Positions 13,218 through 26,111 of a stretch of DNA of 64,000 nt are shown here, one piece after another. Source of the DNA: Lama glama (Eukaryota). The notes under the pieces are model-generated. The model had not been told where the DNA came from. It made no database searches and saw nothing but the letters and a program-made list of their open reading frames with translations. The stretch lies in assembly GCA_028534125.1 (NCBI GenBank), contig CM052817.1, forward strand, positions 108,130,001 through 108,194,000, given 5' to 3'. Position 1 is the stretch's first letter, and each line of letters starts with the position of its first letter. The position numbers were made by a program, and so were the translations under genes.

Positions 13218-13542
13218 CTGCAGAAAACAGTCAGGATATGCAAACACAATTTGCCAACTGTTCTCTCCAGTTCAATTCAGAAGAGAAAGAACAGAACATT
13301 CTCCTAGGTTTACGGTCAAGTTTTTGTTCTTGCTGAAACAGCTAACCTTCAAATATCTGTGTGTTTGCGCATTAGCATCTGATCAAAGAGAATATTTCCA
13401 TGGGAGTAAGGTCCTTTTTCAGGGGTGCTTGTTAACGGATTAGAAACTTCTTGAGTGGCCTGAATGTCAAAAAATATATTTTAAAAAAGTGAATGCTTAT
13501 ATAGCCAAACATCAAATCGAGTTATATTAGCTTAAGGAAACA

Positions 13543-14025
13543 TGTGACCAAGACTGTCTGAACATTCTCCTCAGTCTGACTAAACTTCAGACAAGTTTCT
13601 CCCGTTTCTGTTTCCTAGAGTATTTACCTTAGAAAACATGCAATTGCAAATTCCTTCTCTGCCCCTTTGAGGTATAAATCTCCTTCCAGGCTCCTCTCAG
13701 TTTTCAGCTGAGGAATGCCTTTCTCAGGGACTGAAACCACCCCTTATAATGCAATCATTGAGAAAGTACCCTCATCTCACAGCTCCTGGGGGAGGGTAAG
13801 CCCCCAGTCAGCAAATGCTTTGACCAGCCTCCTCCGTGAAGCATTTTTCCAGCAACTCACTCCTGCACTGAACGTCCTTTTGTTTCAACAAGATTAAGGT
13901 CAACCTCTCTTCTATTGCAGTAGCCTTGACTCCTGTTGCAGTAGTCCTGAATAAAGTCTCCCTGTCGGTCTAGCTTGTCCAGTGCAGTCTTTCTTTCATG
14001 TACGTGTGCCATCGTTGCTTTAACA
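13543..14025 (+). mobile_element. ERV1-class solo LTR (older family)
   Basis: Begins TG ('tgtgaccaagac'), has TATA 'ggtataaat' near 13672 and AATAAA near 13950, and ends in CA (13998 or 14025). No clean TSD. Confidence 0.7.
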
Positions 14026-14084
14026 ATTTCCTGACGGCACATTTATTAAAAGTATAATGTTTCCTAGGTCCAAACAACTTTGAG

Positions 14085-14238
14085 TTCTTCTGTTTCTTTT
14101 TTATTTTTTTTAGGTTTTTTTGGGGGGGGGGCAAATGGTAATTAGGTTTATTCATTTTTAGAGGAGGTGCAGGGGATTGAACCCAGGACCTTGTGCATGT
14201 CAAGCATGCGCTCTACCACTTGAGCTACACCCTCCCCC
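14085..14238 (-). mobile_element. Camelid tRNA-derived SINE (vic-1-like)
   Basis: Reverse complement reads ggggagggtgtagctcaagtggtagagcgcatgcttgacatgcacaaggtcctgggttcaatccc, with pol III A and B boxes and an A-rich tail. Flanked by the repeat ACTTTGAG (14077-14084 and 14240-14247). Confidence 0.92.
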
Positions 14239-17200
14239 TACTTTGAGGCAAATTAGTATTCTTGCTCAAAGGCTACACCCATGATTGAAGATACTCTGTT
14301 TAACCCCCTTCTGTGTTGGTCGGCACTGATCTCAGCAGGAACATAGGATTCCACGTCCAGTGTGGACCAAGAAAAGCAGCACTTCTATCTCTGCAGAGCC
14401 GTTCCAACTTTCTGTATCTCAAAGAAGAGACATCTGCAGTTATTTGATCAGAAATCTCATGGCAGAGGAAGAACAACAGAAGAAAGGGTGTCTCTTTAGA
14501 GGGGATGGCCAGTGTCCTGTGCACAGACTGATAAAAGAGGATTTGTAGAGCTGGAGTACTTTGGGAGGCAGGACAACAAGGAATTCAGGTCCTGCAATTT
14601 CTTGCAATATTGGAAACTTTTCTTTCCCAAAGAAATACGAAATAAAAAGATTCCTCCAGTGTCTCGCTGGTGGTCACCAGGCAAGTTGGCCAGCCTCTGA
14701 GGTAGTGTTTTGGGTTCAACAGTCAGAGGCAACATGTCAGCTGGGATTTAGCTCATCTCTTTGGGGTCAGAATTCAGATGGAGAGACTCTGTCACCCTCT
14801 GTGTGTCTGATTCCATCACCCTTCCTTATCTTTAAATCAAAAAAGAATTAAAAGAACTTTATCTGAAAGAACCTGGTACTTATGACTAAATCCCCTGTGC
14901 TAAGTATAGCAATGAAGAGTGAGGCACTTCATTGCTAACGATTTGCTCCTCTAGGGAACGTGTCCCTTGGCGTCTGCGTTCACTCTAGAAGCCGAAACTT
15001 CTACCCGATGTCACATCGCTCCTGAGGCAAACATCTTCCTCTGCGTTATAGCCAGTATTTGATGATGAAACCAATCCAGAATGCACAACTCCCATGACTC
15101 TGTTAAGAATTATGTCAGGACAGAACACAGAAAAGACAATAGACTTTAGAAAAGGGACAGACTACACTTCCATTATCAGAAGAAGACACCAAACTTTACC
15201 TGGGAGAGAGGCTGGTACATAGTATTTAGAGCGTCAACGATGTAGGACAAGTCTAATGGTATATCTGACTTTTATCTTTGTCAGTTGTTAATGACTTGAA
15301 TTTTCTTAATTATTGCTTTCTTTTTCCTTAACCTTAGTTGCTGTGTAGAGATGTAATTAATATCCTTCACTGTTGTAGCTCAGGACAGGTTATTGAAAGG
15401 CAGCACCTAAAGGTTCATTTTGGTGTAACTGAGGTGCCTTTTTTTTTTGGTCTATGCCAGGCATTGTATTCTGGCTACGAAAAATATGCTTTGTTTTATT
15501 TTTTACTTTCCCTAAGAAGTTTGTAGTACAGCAAGATGCAAGTTTTTGGGTGGTGCTTGTTTGTTTGTTTTTGTTTATTTTGTGGGGTTTTTTAAGTGTA
15601 ACTTAATGTATGCACATCCATTAACTTCAAAAACTGTGTTTTAAAGAAATTACATCAATTTTCTTTCCTGATGGTATAGAGATTTCGTCTTTAACAAGCT
15701 CCTCTACTCCATACCCAGGAAGGGATGAAATACAAAATCATGAGGAGTAAATGACACAGTTGGATTCAAATACAAGCTGAACATTTATTTGAACCAGAAT
15801 CAGAAGACAGATAGATGCAAAATGTTAATTTGTCCAGAAGCAGTGTGAGATGTCTGGCTTCAGGGTCTAGAAGTTGGCAGGGGCGTCGTGATCTTACATA
15901 GGAAAGCGTGACCCAAGGTGCTCCACACAAGAGTCAATTCCAGACTCACTGCTTAAAACCAGTTTTTGCAGTCATAAGTTTTGCTTGGAGAAGTTCTTTT
16001 TTGGCTATTTGAACATTTCCCATATAAAGAAAGATTTATTTCGAGATGAACACGTCCATTATGTTTTGTTTTATTAGAGTATTTTTGTTCCTTGAAAGAC
16101 TAGATTCTAAGAATTTAACCAAGATTTATTCAAGTTGTACTTTTTCTTGTGCAATTGATTAAGCCTCCTTTTTGTAAAAGTTCTATTATGTTATCAATGT
16201 TTTTAATACACTTTCTCTTTATTCTTATATGATTATAGGGTCATCTACAAATATCATTACATTTAAACTTGTCTACATAGATTTTTTTACTCCCATTGAT
16301 CTATTGAACTTGCCCTTGGAGCTGCCTAATGGAATCAAAGCAAACTGGGCTCTTATCACTTCAACGTGAATTGATGTTGGCAGTCTTCAGCTATGAAATC
16401 ACAAAGAACATGATACCAATAAATTACTGACCTGTATTTCCTGTAGTAATTGAAATCTTGCAGATTCATTGTCCTACATCTCATTGATCCTGCCAATTTT
16501 GCTACCGTTTTTTTTAAACATTTTTCAAGTCTATGGCAAAATCTCCAATTCACAGAATTTTTTTATTAACCACCTGCAATTTACAATTACATTGTAATAC
16601 GGTGAGTTTGATTGTGTCTTCTTCTAAAACATCCTGTTCTATTTCACTAGTGCCTTCAAGGCTTGGCTACTTCATGTTGGAAGATACTTACATTTTGAGA
16701 TGGGTTGGCCAGAGTACAGGTTCCTGTTTGACCTATCCTACCTTCATGGACTGATTAGATTTTATTTTCTCCCACCTATTCTGAAAATCAGCCCTAATAA
16801 TGTTCATTGCTATGATGCATTCAGTTGTCGGAGTAACTACCTTAGATTGTCTTACAGGCCTTCCCAAAGCCTGAATCCATCATTTTCCACTTCATTTACT
16901 TACATTTCTATCATTTCCTAAAATTTTAAACAGAATGTCTGTGGAAAGTCCATCCAGTTGACTCCTTGGGGATTTCTCTTTCTAACAGTGCCTTCTAAGG
17001 AGAAGGTTCTGTCCAACTGGTTATAAATAATGCCTGGCTCATCATACTCATCCTGTCCATTTTTCTGTTGTTTCTCAGGCTTAGCTTTCAAAACAGAGTT
17101 TTCATCCGTAGCATGATCCCCACGTGTGCAGTAAGGCTTCCATGCCTTCAGCAGCTGTTATGCTAAAAAGCTGTTTGTTTATTGTTTCTTCTGCTAGTTG

Positions 17201-17684
17201 CATGGACTTCCTAAATATTTTCGTAATTTATACCTGCTGTTGCCCACGTATATAAAGGCTCTGACTCTCCCCTTAGGCTTTGTTCATATAGTCACTTAAT
17301 CACGCCCAATTTGGTTACAAATTTGATGATTTCTAGTATATTGTTTCCAAGGTCTGAGTGCTGTAAGTTACATGAGAAATTGACTGCACTCCCAATACCC
17401 GTATTAAAAAGGATTCGGAAAGCATCTCTTTCACAGACATTGACTTTAATCCTTGATCAAATATTTCAGCCTTACTTCTGGTGCTGCTAGGAACAACAAG
17501 TCTATTGCTTCCAGATACAGATTCAGGAGTCTCTTGAGTCTCCTGAAAGCCTGACTCTTGACAGGGACCTGGGGAGGTGTTCCAGTTCTGTCCTGTTACG
17601 TGTCCTAGTTTCTACGACTTCCTTGAGCTTGCTTCTGTTCAGTATCGTCCTCTGAAATAATTGGTCTAGCTGACCCAGAACCCC

Positions 17685-17830
17685 ACAGACCATCGCCTGG
17701 CATGCAGCTTATTTTGAAAACCTAAGAAGCCAAACTCAGGTTCACAAGCAAGAAAAAAATGTATTGTTTCAAGCCACTGAGGTTTAGGGAGGTCTGTTGT
17801 TCATTACAGTTGTAGCAATAACTGATGATA
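17685..17830 (+). mobile_element. MLT1 (MaLR) LTR 3' fragment
   Basis: 'aaatgtattgtttcaagccactgaggtttagggaggtctgttgtt...gtagcaataactgat' is a typical MLT1 3' end. Confidence 0.6.
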
Positions 17831-19067
17831 ACCCATTTTCCATCCCTATAGACACACTGAAACAAGCACTAGGTACACGGATATTTAAGGTGTTTAATGT
17901 AAAAAGTAAACTCGCTTTCTGCTTATTAACTTGTTAATTTATCTGATCTAGCTGGATCAACGACACTCTTTTGGGGTGACCATGTATACTTAAATAATTT
18001 CATTTTAAATAAGATGAATAATTGAGGAATCAAATTGAAGATGTTTTGAAATATATTTCACAACATTTATTGAAAAGTTTTATCCCAAACTGAACTAAAT
18101 GATCCCATATTTTCAAAATGTATCTTTAATTCTCAATCAACTGCCATTTCCAATAATTTATCCTGTGAAGTTTTAAAGACACATAGATTTCCTATATATA
18201 AATTTGTCTTTGATGCAAATTTTAAATACTTCTATCAAATTTCTAAAGTATTAAAGAATAACTTTCTTAGATATGCAATGCAATGAATTTTACCTACTTC
18301 AGTAAAAACTATTGTTATATTATGAAACATCACATAACCATGTGTAGAAACTCTGTTCTTCTAAGCTTCCTACATTTATTGTCGCCCTGTGACTCTGTCT
18401 ACCATTGAAAAACACTGAATTTTTTCTCACGTGGGAGTATTAATATTATGAAAATACCAAAGAAATGATCAAATATCAAGTCAGTGTGCAAATCACATCT
18501 TTAAAAACATGCAACCAAACTGATTTCTGGTTTTGTAGAAGTACCAAAAGCGTATCTCCACTGAATTTTTTTCTTTCAACAATTTTTGCACCTCGCTTAG
18601 CCAATAGTGGTTGTTTTTGATCAGATCCATATTATTAAATAACATAGAGAATATTGTCTCATTTATGGCATTGGCATTTACATAATTCGCAGTTTTTATT
18701 ATGTGGCTAAATTTACTGCTTAGTTTATCTGACCTTTATTTTTATGGCAATACTTTCTTAATGAAGGAAATACAAACTCATTAGTCTGGGTAACTGCCCT
18801 AGAATGTTTTTGTGTTCTTGCAAACAAAACCATCCAAATTTACTCTAACACAAAATGTAAACTCCAAACCAATTTTTCATAATATAATCCTTCACTGCGG
18901 TGCATTATTTAGTTGCCTTTTTAGGAAATAAAGTAGAAAAAGAAACGTGTGCTTCATATAACCATCGTGCTCAAATTGCACATGTGCAAAAGGAATTGTT
19001 ATTTATTTTACATATTTTGGTTTTGTCATTCCTCTGTATGATGTTTATATTTCTTCTCTTCTGAAAT

Positions 19068-19420
19068 ATAAAGTATGGTCCATGGACTGGTGGGACTGCA
19101 TGAGCCCTTACTGAGCCACCACAAGATAAGTACCTAAGTCAAAAGTAAGCTTTAGAAACTTTGATAGCCACATAGCATGTAATCAGCACACTCATCACAT
19201 TCAATAAATTGTAGGTTATTAACCAGCCCAGGTATTAAACAGTTCTCAGACAAGTCACAATGGTGAGCACTGCATGTTCCTGGCTGGCACGCAATAGAAA
19301 CAATCACCATGAGCGATATCTCAGAGGTATGGATCCACTGTACTCTGAAAGTATATAAAAACATGAGAAAATGTAAATACTTGGTTATTTTGTAATTTCT
19401 TATCAATAATTTTAATGTTT
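19068..19420 (+). mobile_element. hAT-Charlie (Charlie4-like) DNA transposon fossil
   Basis: 'aaagtatggtccatggactgg...acaagataagtacctaagtcaaaagtaagctttagaaactttgatagc' resembles the Charlie4 left end as I recall it. Confidence 0.5.
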
Positions 19421-21559
19421 AACCAAGTCCATTTTTTAAATAAGTCATCACCATTACCTACATTAGGGAAGTAAAATGTATGCTATTGTTTTTGATCCAA
19501 ATCTAATGATGACAAAATAAGCTTCATTGGAATTTTGTGCCAAGACAAGACAAATTGTTCTGAGTCTTCTATGCATTTTTTATTTTGTGCAACTCCCTTT
19601 TCTCCAGTAACCTATCTATAAACTCCAACCTCCTCAAAATACCAAACTCAGTTTTCATCTTCTCTGCTTAGAGTTCTCAGCCACTTGAGCTCAGATACTG
19701 CAGCCTAGAAGTTTCTGGAAAAAATCCCGAGGTCATCATTTTTTATTTTAATGTATTTCCAGATATTACAGACCTGCACTTTGTTGTCTAAAATCTAAAA
19801 ACAGTGCTTCTTATATTGACATGCATATCAAACATGTATTTCTCATGTATTTTGTTCAGATCAAACTTGGCTATGAGAATTTAATAGATGACAACAACAT
19901 TCCTATCAAGGAAACTGACATCCCTGCTTCTATAAGCAATGGGGTCACTTTCTTCCTGTTTGACTTAAAACGTCTAATTATAATGGTTAGTGGTTTTTCA
20001 AGACTGCTTGTTTTCTCCTGCATGGAGAACGCTGGATGGTAACACAAAAATGTCAGTGGAAATCCTCACAGATTGACTTGTTGACTCCACAACATCCGCT
20101 CAGTGACTAATTCTATCTGATCCAAGTCCTCTGCTCCTTAAAATGCATAAAGGTCCAATTTATTTTTATTTTAATTTTATCTGTATTTTATTACATATGT
20201 TATTATAGATCATATTAGGATAATATTTCCTAACATGAATATTAACTGATGTGGATAAAGAATGAAAGCAGCTAGCAAACTGCCCACAATTAAAAATTAG
20301 TGGGGTGATAATTAATATATAGTAGAAAATGTAATCATATTTAAAGGCAATCTTACATGAAAATTATGTTTATTCAGAGTAAGAAAGCATTCTACACTTA
20401 CATTTGCAAAGTGGAATACTAATTTGTTTTTATTTTATTTATACCTGCTTTCTTTATAGTGTTATTTAATGCTATTTAAAAAATACAAAATTGTCTTAAA
20501 AATTTTTAATTTCTCTGATGAGATACCTAAGTAGTAAGAATTTTTTTTTCCCTCTGTCAAGGGAAAGAGCCTATAATATGACAAGAATAAAATTAAGCAA
20601 ACATGAGAATGTTATGTTACTTTAAGAGAAGGAGAAATAGAAGGGCAAAGATGTAATGGTCTGCCTGACACTACACTTAGCAATTTATGGGACAAGCAGT
20701 TTAATAATATATGACACTGTGATTAGTCTGAAATATTTGTTACTTAGTCATTTATTAGAATCATTTAATTTGGACATGTAATGATTAATGACATTGGAGA
20801 ATGTTATCTTAAGTGTACATTACTTAAAGTCATTCTAACACACCATTTGATATGATCATTTAATTAACTTATAGCTTATATCTACTAAATCAACCTGAAT
20901 GTCTTTTTAAATCCAAATAAATTGTAATCATGTAGACATCAATAGACAATTTGCATTAGACAAATCGTGTATCAAGATATACTTGTGTTACTGAATGTGT
21001 GTGTACAAAAAAGGCATTAATTATCATGATTTTTGTTAATTAACAATAAATTTTAACATGAACATTTGATTGTTTTCCAACCGAAGATAATTTAGTTTCC
21101 TGTGGCCAGGAGTTTTGTGTGACTGAGCACCTGTAAATTAGGGTCCAAGGCTCTTAAAGAAATTAGTATGTTGACATTCTGTTTAACATAATTTTCAATG
21201 GCCTATTATCAAATAAAAAATTTAAGAGAAACAATAGCATGAAACACCATAGAACCCTGTGGAGACGTATCACTATGGAATGCTGAAACCAAACATGGAG
21301 TTTTAGTTAAAACAATAGGATTTGTTGGAAGTTTCCTAAGAAGCAGTTAGAGCTGCATATACCTTTAGAAACTGTGGGTGAGGGAAGTGTCCCTCTTCCC
21401 ACGTAGAATCCTGGAGAGAAAGGGAAGGATATCTCTGTGATGGAGGTCATCGGGCAGAGTGGGGATACCATGGTAAAAATGGGGGAAATAAGCGAGAGTT
21501 TATGTGCACACCGTGTCAACCCACTCAGCTCCCAGAAAGGGATGATTCATTTCTGAACC

Positions 21560-22290
21560 TGCAACAGCCTTCCCTGAGGACTCTGACCAGCTGCAGAGAA
21601 ATTCATAGTTGATCAGTTGTCCTCATGTGTTCAAAATTCTAATGAACTTCTTCATGCCTCATTCATAAATATTAACAGAGCACCAATGATCACCAGACAT
21701 TTTAGAAAAATATCATTTATGAAGGAGACTAAAACAAGCAAATAAAAAAGCAACTTTAGAAAACAGGTGGTGAAAGTTGAGGGAAACTTAAAAAAAAAAA
21801 ACAACTAACACCAATTAATTGAGAGAGAAACAGAATGGTGTTCCACCCATGAAACAAGAATAGAGCACAATAAGAATGAATATCTGGAGAACAAAAAGTA
21901 ATCTTGGCAACTAAAAATATGAAAACAGAAATGAGAAATACAAATGAATGAGGAGGAAGACAAATTTGAAAACTCTTCCAGAAAAAGCAGAAACAGTTTT
22001 GTTTGGAAAATGGTAACAAATTACAGTGAGCAGATGAGTTAGTGGAAGAACAAAATCTGAACAATAGTTTTCCAGAAACTGAAAATTACTAACCCAATAA
22101 GTCAGAAAAATCCCAAATTTGCAAAACAAATTTCCAAGCTGTCTAGCACAGTAGGTAAAAACATACATTTATGAAACATACTGTTGTAAAATTTCAAAAC
22201 ACTGGACACAAAGAAATTATAACTCTACAGAGAGAGAAAGAAAGCATTTAAGCTCAGAAGAATATGATTAGGAAGTGGGCTTTCAATATT
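21560..22290 (+). mobile_element. Ancient L1 (L1ME/HAL1-like) ORF1-region remnant
   Basis: A-rich sense sequence with 'caccagacattttagaaaaa', 'ctaaaaatatgaaaacagaaatg' and 'gtaaaatttcaaaacactggacacaaag'. Confidence 0.5.
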
Positions 22291-22789
22291 ACTGCATGGC
22301 TGATTTCTTTTACAGAGAACAATCTTATTGTTAAGATTTGAATTAAAATTTAATAGATCTTTTCCATCTTGTCTTCTACACAGGACTTGTTCCCATCTTG
22401 TGTCACTTTGTTAGAATTCCACGATCTATTCTCATTTCTGCAGAATGACACATGGCATTGAACGGTCTTAATGAGTCTATTAGTCTGTAACGAAGCCAGT
22501 AGAAAAGAGATACAACAGAATAATAAGAAGGAGAGAAAGGAAATTCAAAGGCAAGAGTGATGTATTTCAGTGCAGGCTGGAGAGAAAATGATCTTAAATT
22601 TGCCCCAATTCTCAGAAAGTATCCTGAACTATTTGGAGTAAGTTTTGAAACTATCTGTGCAGAAAAAATAATATCCTGAAATCTTGATGGAAAATGGCAC
22701 ATTACAGATCACTATCAATATTAGTATGAGGAGTGAATAAAGGAAAGAAATAAGAAAAAGGTGAATGGGAAATGGGGAAGGAAGGAAGG

Positions 22790-24265
22790 AAGAGAGATAG
22801 TTGAATAGGTGAAACACATGGAGTTTCTAGGACAGTAAAATTCACCTATATGATATTATAATGGTAAATAAAAGACACTGAACATTGGTCAAAATCTACT
22901 GAATTTATAGTACATAGAGTAAATCCTATTGCTTCAAGGTTTGCAAATATTTTATCCCATTCCATGGGTTGCTTTTTCATTTTTGTTGATGATTTCCTTT
23001 GCTGTGCAGAATGTTTTCAGCTTGATATATATGCAAATTTTAATGTAATTATTTAGGAGATTTGGGGATCCCAAGACAGAAGGCAAAATGTGACCAAAAG
23101 AATCAAAACGTATCACAGATATATGAAACGACCTCACTGAAGCAGGTAGAATATAACTTTGGGAATGAGTGGCATCTGTAACATAAAGACAGAACTACAT
23201 GTGAGCACCGTTCTCTACTGATGGATCTCTTTCCCATGGGGCTACAAGTTAACCCTTTCGAAACCAACCTGTATGTGTACTGACAATAAACGTGAACAGA
23301 TGACTGGTGGTGGGACCTGGGTTCTTATCGATGGAGTGGGTGGTTGCATACAAGCAAGGAGAGGAAGCCAGAATGATCTATGTGGTAACAGAGCAGAGTG
23401 AGGCTTCAGTATGAAATCACGTTTAGTTAATATATACAGAGAATACACATATAGAAATAATGATACACATACATACACAGCTTAGTATACACACACACAT
23501 ATTTCCAACATCTGTTTGTTAAGTGGGACCAGAAGAAAAAATATCCTGATGGCTACAGGGACACCTAGCACCCAGATCTTAGTTTTTAAAATCATTCTCC
23601 AATATGTGATATCAAGGCTCCTTAGAAAAATGATGATTTTAGGGCTGGGCAGGATACAAACAAGTTAAGCCTGGAAGATATGGTGGTGTCATAAAGTAAT
23701 AAAGTATTCACACACACACATGCATTCACATGCACACACATGCCCCTCCACAATGATACGAGTGTGTCAAAATGACATGAGAGCCAACTGAAAACTCCCA
23801 GTGGCCAAAGCTGGGACAATTTGAGCAACAAAATAAACTGATTATAACCCAAAGTATAAAGTAAATATCCATGAGTCCATATTGATATAAGTAGTAAATG
23901 ATTGGATAAATAAATAAATTGGAAGAAATTTCTACTAATAACAAATAAATGGAGGAGAATTCTATGAGCAAGATTTCGAAATAATTGAAGTAGATCTTTC
24001 GGCCTTGAGTATACCCACTTCTTGAATGCATTGTGGTTTTCATCCAAAGAGTATGGAAAGGAGGGGGAACAATAGTAACTTTACAGAGGAGGAAACTGAC
24101 AACTGCAGCCTCAAGCCAGGTGATCAAGGTTAAACCAATGGTAATAAGTCCTTTTGATAGAATATCTCGTGATCATTTGTGATAGAAGGACATCTCACCT
24201 CTCTGCGTGGCCCCCAACACATTACCCCAGTCTAATCATGAGACAAATCTCATTTGAAGATCAGC
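22790..24265 (+). mobile_element. L1MC-type 3' end (approximately L1MC3)
   Basis: 'ttgaataggtgaaacacatggagtttctaggacagt', 'ggggatcccaagacagaaggcaaaatgtgacc', 'atccatgagtccatattgatataa' and 'ccccagtctaatcatgaga'. Confidence 0.8.
22938..23027 (-). mobile_element. Short L1 ORF2 fragment embedded antisense within L1MC
   Basis: The minus strand encodes IKLKTFCTAKEII, the L1 ORF2 [12 protein letters not shown] motif. Confidence 0.8.
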
Positions 24266-24559
24266 TTTATTTTTTTTTAACATTTTTTATTGATTTATAA
24301 TCACTTTACAATGTTGTGTCAAATTCCAGTGTGCAGCACAATTTTTCAGTCATTCATAGACATATACACACTCATTGTCACATTTTTTTCTCCATGAGTT
24401 ATCATAATATTTTGTGTATATTTCCCTGTGCTATACAGTGGAATCTTGTTTATCTATCTACAATTTTGAAATCCCAGTCTATCCCTTCCCACCCTCCACC
24501 CCCCTGGTAACCACAAGTCTGTATTCTCTGTCTGTGAGTCTATTTCTGTCCTGTATTTA
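24266..24559 (-). mobile_element. Young lineage L1 3' end with poly(A) tail
   Basis: Poly-T followed by the L1 3'UTR 'ttacaatgttgtgtcaaattccagtg...ccctgtgctatacagt...ggtaaccacaagtctgtattctctgtctgtgagtc'. Runs into the gap. Confidence 0.88.
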
Positions 24560-25059
24560 NNNNNNNNNNNNNNNNNNNNNNNNNNNNNNNNNNNNNNNNN
24601 NNNNNNNNNNNNNNNNNNNNNNNNNNNNNNNNNNNNNNNNNNNNNNNNNNNNNNNNNNNNNNNNNNNNNNNNNNNNNNNNNNNNNNNNNNNNNNNNNNNN
24701 NNNNNNNNNNNNNNNNNNNNNNNNNNNNNNNNNNNNNNNNNNNNNNNNNNNNNNNNNNNNNNNNNNNNNNNNNNNNNNNNNNNNNNNNNNNNNNNNNNNN
24801 NNNNNNNNNNNNNNNNNNNNNNNNNNNNNNNNNNNNNNNNNNNNNNNNNNNNNNNNNNNNNNNNNNNNNNNNNNNNNNNNNNNNNNNNNNNNNNNNNNNN
24901 NNNNNNNNNNNNNNNNNNNNNNNNNNNNNNNNNNNNNNNNNNNNNNNNNNNNNNNNNNNNNNNNNNNNNNNNNNNNNNNNNNNNNNNNNNNNNNNNNNNN
25001 NNNNNNNNNNNNNNNNNNNNNNNNNNNNNNNNNNNNNNNNNNNNNNNNNNNNNNNNNNN
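24560..25059. other. Assembly gap (exactly 500 N)
   Basis: Run of N, the same length as the second gap, so probably a placeholder size. Confidence 0.99.
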
Positions 25060-25660
25060 ATGAAGCTAGAACACTCCCTTACACCATATACAAAAATCAA
25101 CTCAAAATGGATCAAAGACTTAAACATAAGACAAGATACAATAAACCTCCTAGAGGAAAACATAGGCAAAACATTATCTGACATACATTTCAAAAATTTT
25201 CTCCTAGAAGAAATAAAAGCAAGAATAAACAAATGGGACCTAATGAAACTTACAAGCTTCTGCACAGCAAAGGAAACTGGAAATAAAACAAGAAGACAAC
25301 CTACGGAATGGGAGAAAATTTTGCAAATGAAACCGACAAAGGCTTGATCTCCAGAATATATAAGCAGCTCATATGACTCAATAAGAAAAAAATAAACAAC
25401 CCAATCCAAAAATGGGCAGAAGACCTAAACAAGCAATTCTCCAAGGAAGACATACAAATGATCAAAAGGCACATGAAAAAGTGCTCAATATCACTAATTA
25501 TCAGAGTAATGCAAATCAAAACTACAATGAGGTATCACCTCCCACCAGTCAGAATGGCGATCATTCAAAAATCCACAAATGACAAATGCTGAAGAGGCTG
25601 TGGAGGAAGGGGCACCCTCCTACACTCCTGGTGGGAATGCAGTTTGGTGCAGCTACTCTG
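25060..25660 (+). mobile_element. Young L1 ORF2 C-terminal fragment
   Basis: ORF 25060-25347 reads [21 protein letters not shown]...[16 protein letters not shown]. Downstream 'atgcaaatcaaaactacaatgaggtatcacctc' is the [11 protein letters not shown] segment. Confidence 0.95.
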
Positions 25661-26111
25661 AGTGCTTTTTTTAATCCCCCATGTCTGTCACCCACCAGAT
25701 GATGTTTGGATGAGAAAACTTTACACTTGGAACTTCAATGCTATGTTTTCCCTTGAATTATGGTCCATCCAGGTCAAGCATCCTCAAGTGACCCTTCCAG
25801 TCCTTTATCGTAATCCACCTATGGTACATCGTTGTTCACCAGCACTGCCTCTCCAGTTCATCTGTCCCATCGTGAAGTGCTTTCTCACTGTCTCACTATA
25901 ATTCCTACTTGAGTATGTTCTTCTGTGGATGATATGGTTCCTATAAACACACATAGACACACAGAAAGTAGGTGTGGGTGTAAAAATCTGTGAAGTATAA
26001 GTGATCACCGCCACGTTTTTGATTCGGACATCAGCACACATATAGGGAACCCAGGGGAAGAATCATGTGTCAAAGGAAAAGGGTGAATTTAGCTTGAAGC
26101 ATTGTTTAAGG

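Noticed and set aside
14360..14548. ORF with a CPVH motif suggesting a TRIM B-box fragment
   Set aside because: The other zinc ligands are missing and the resemblance is too weak.
24414..25409. Long ORFs of 255 and 289 aa
   Set aside because: Artefacts of translating through the 500-N gap. The flanks are L1.
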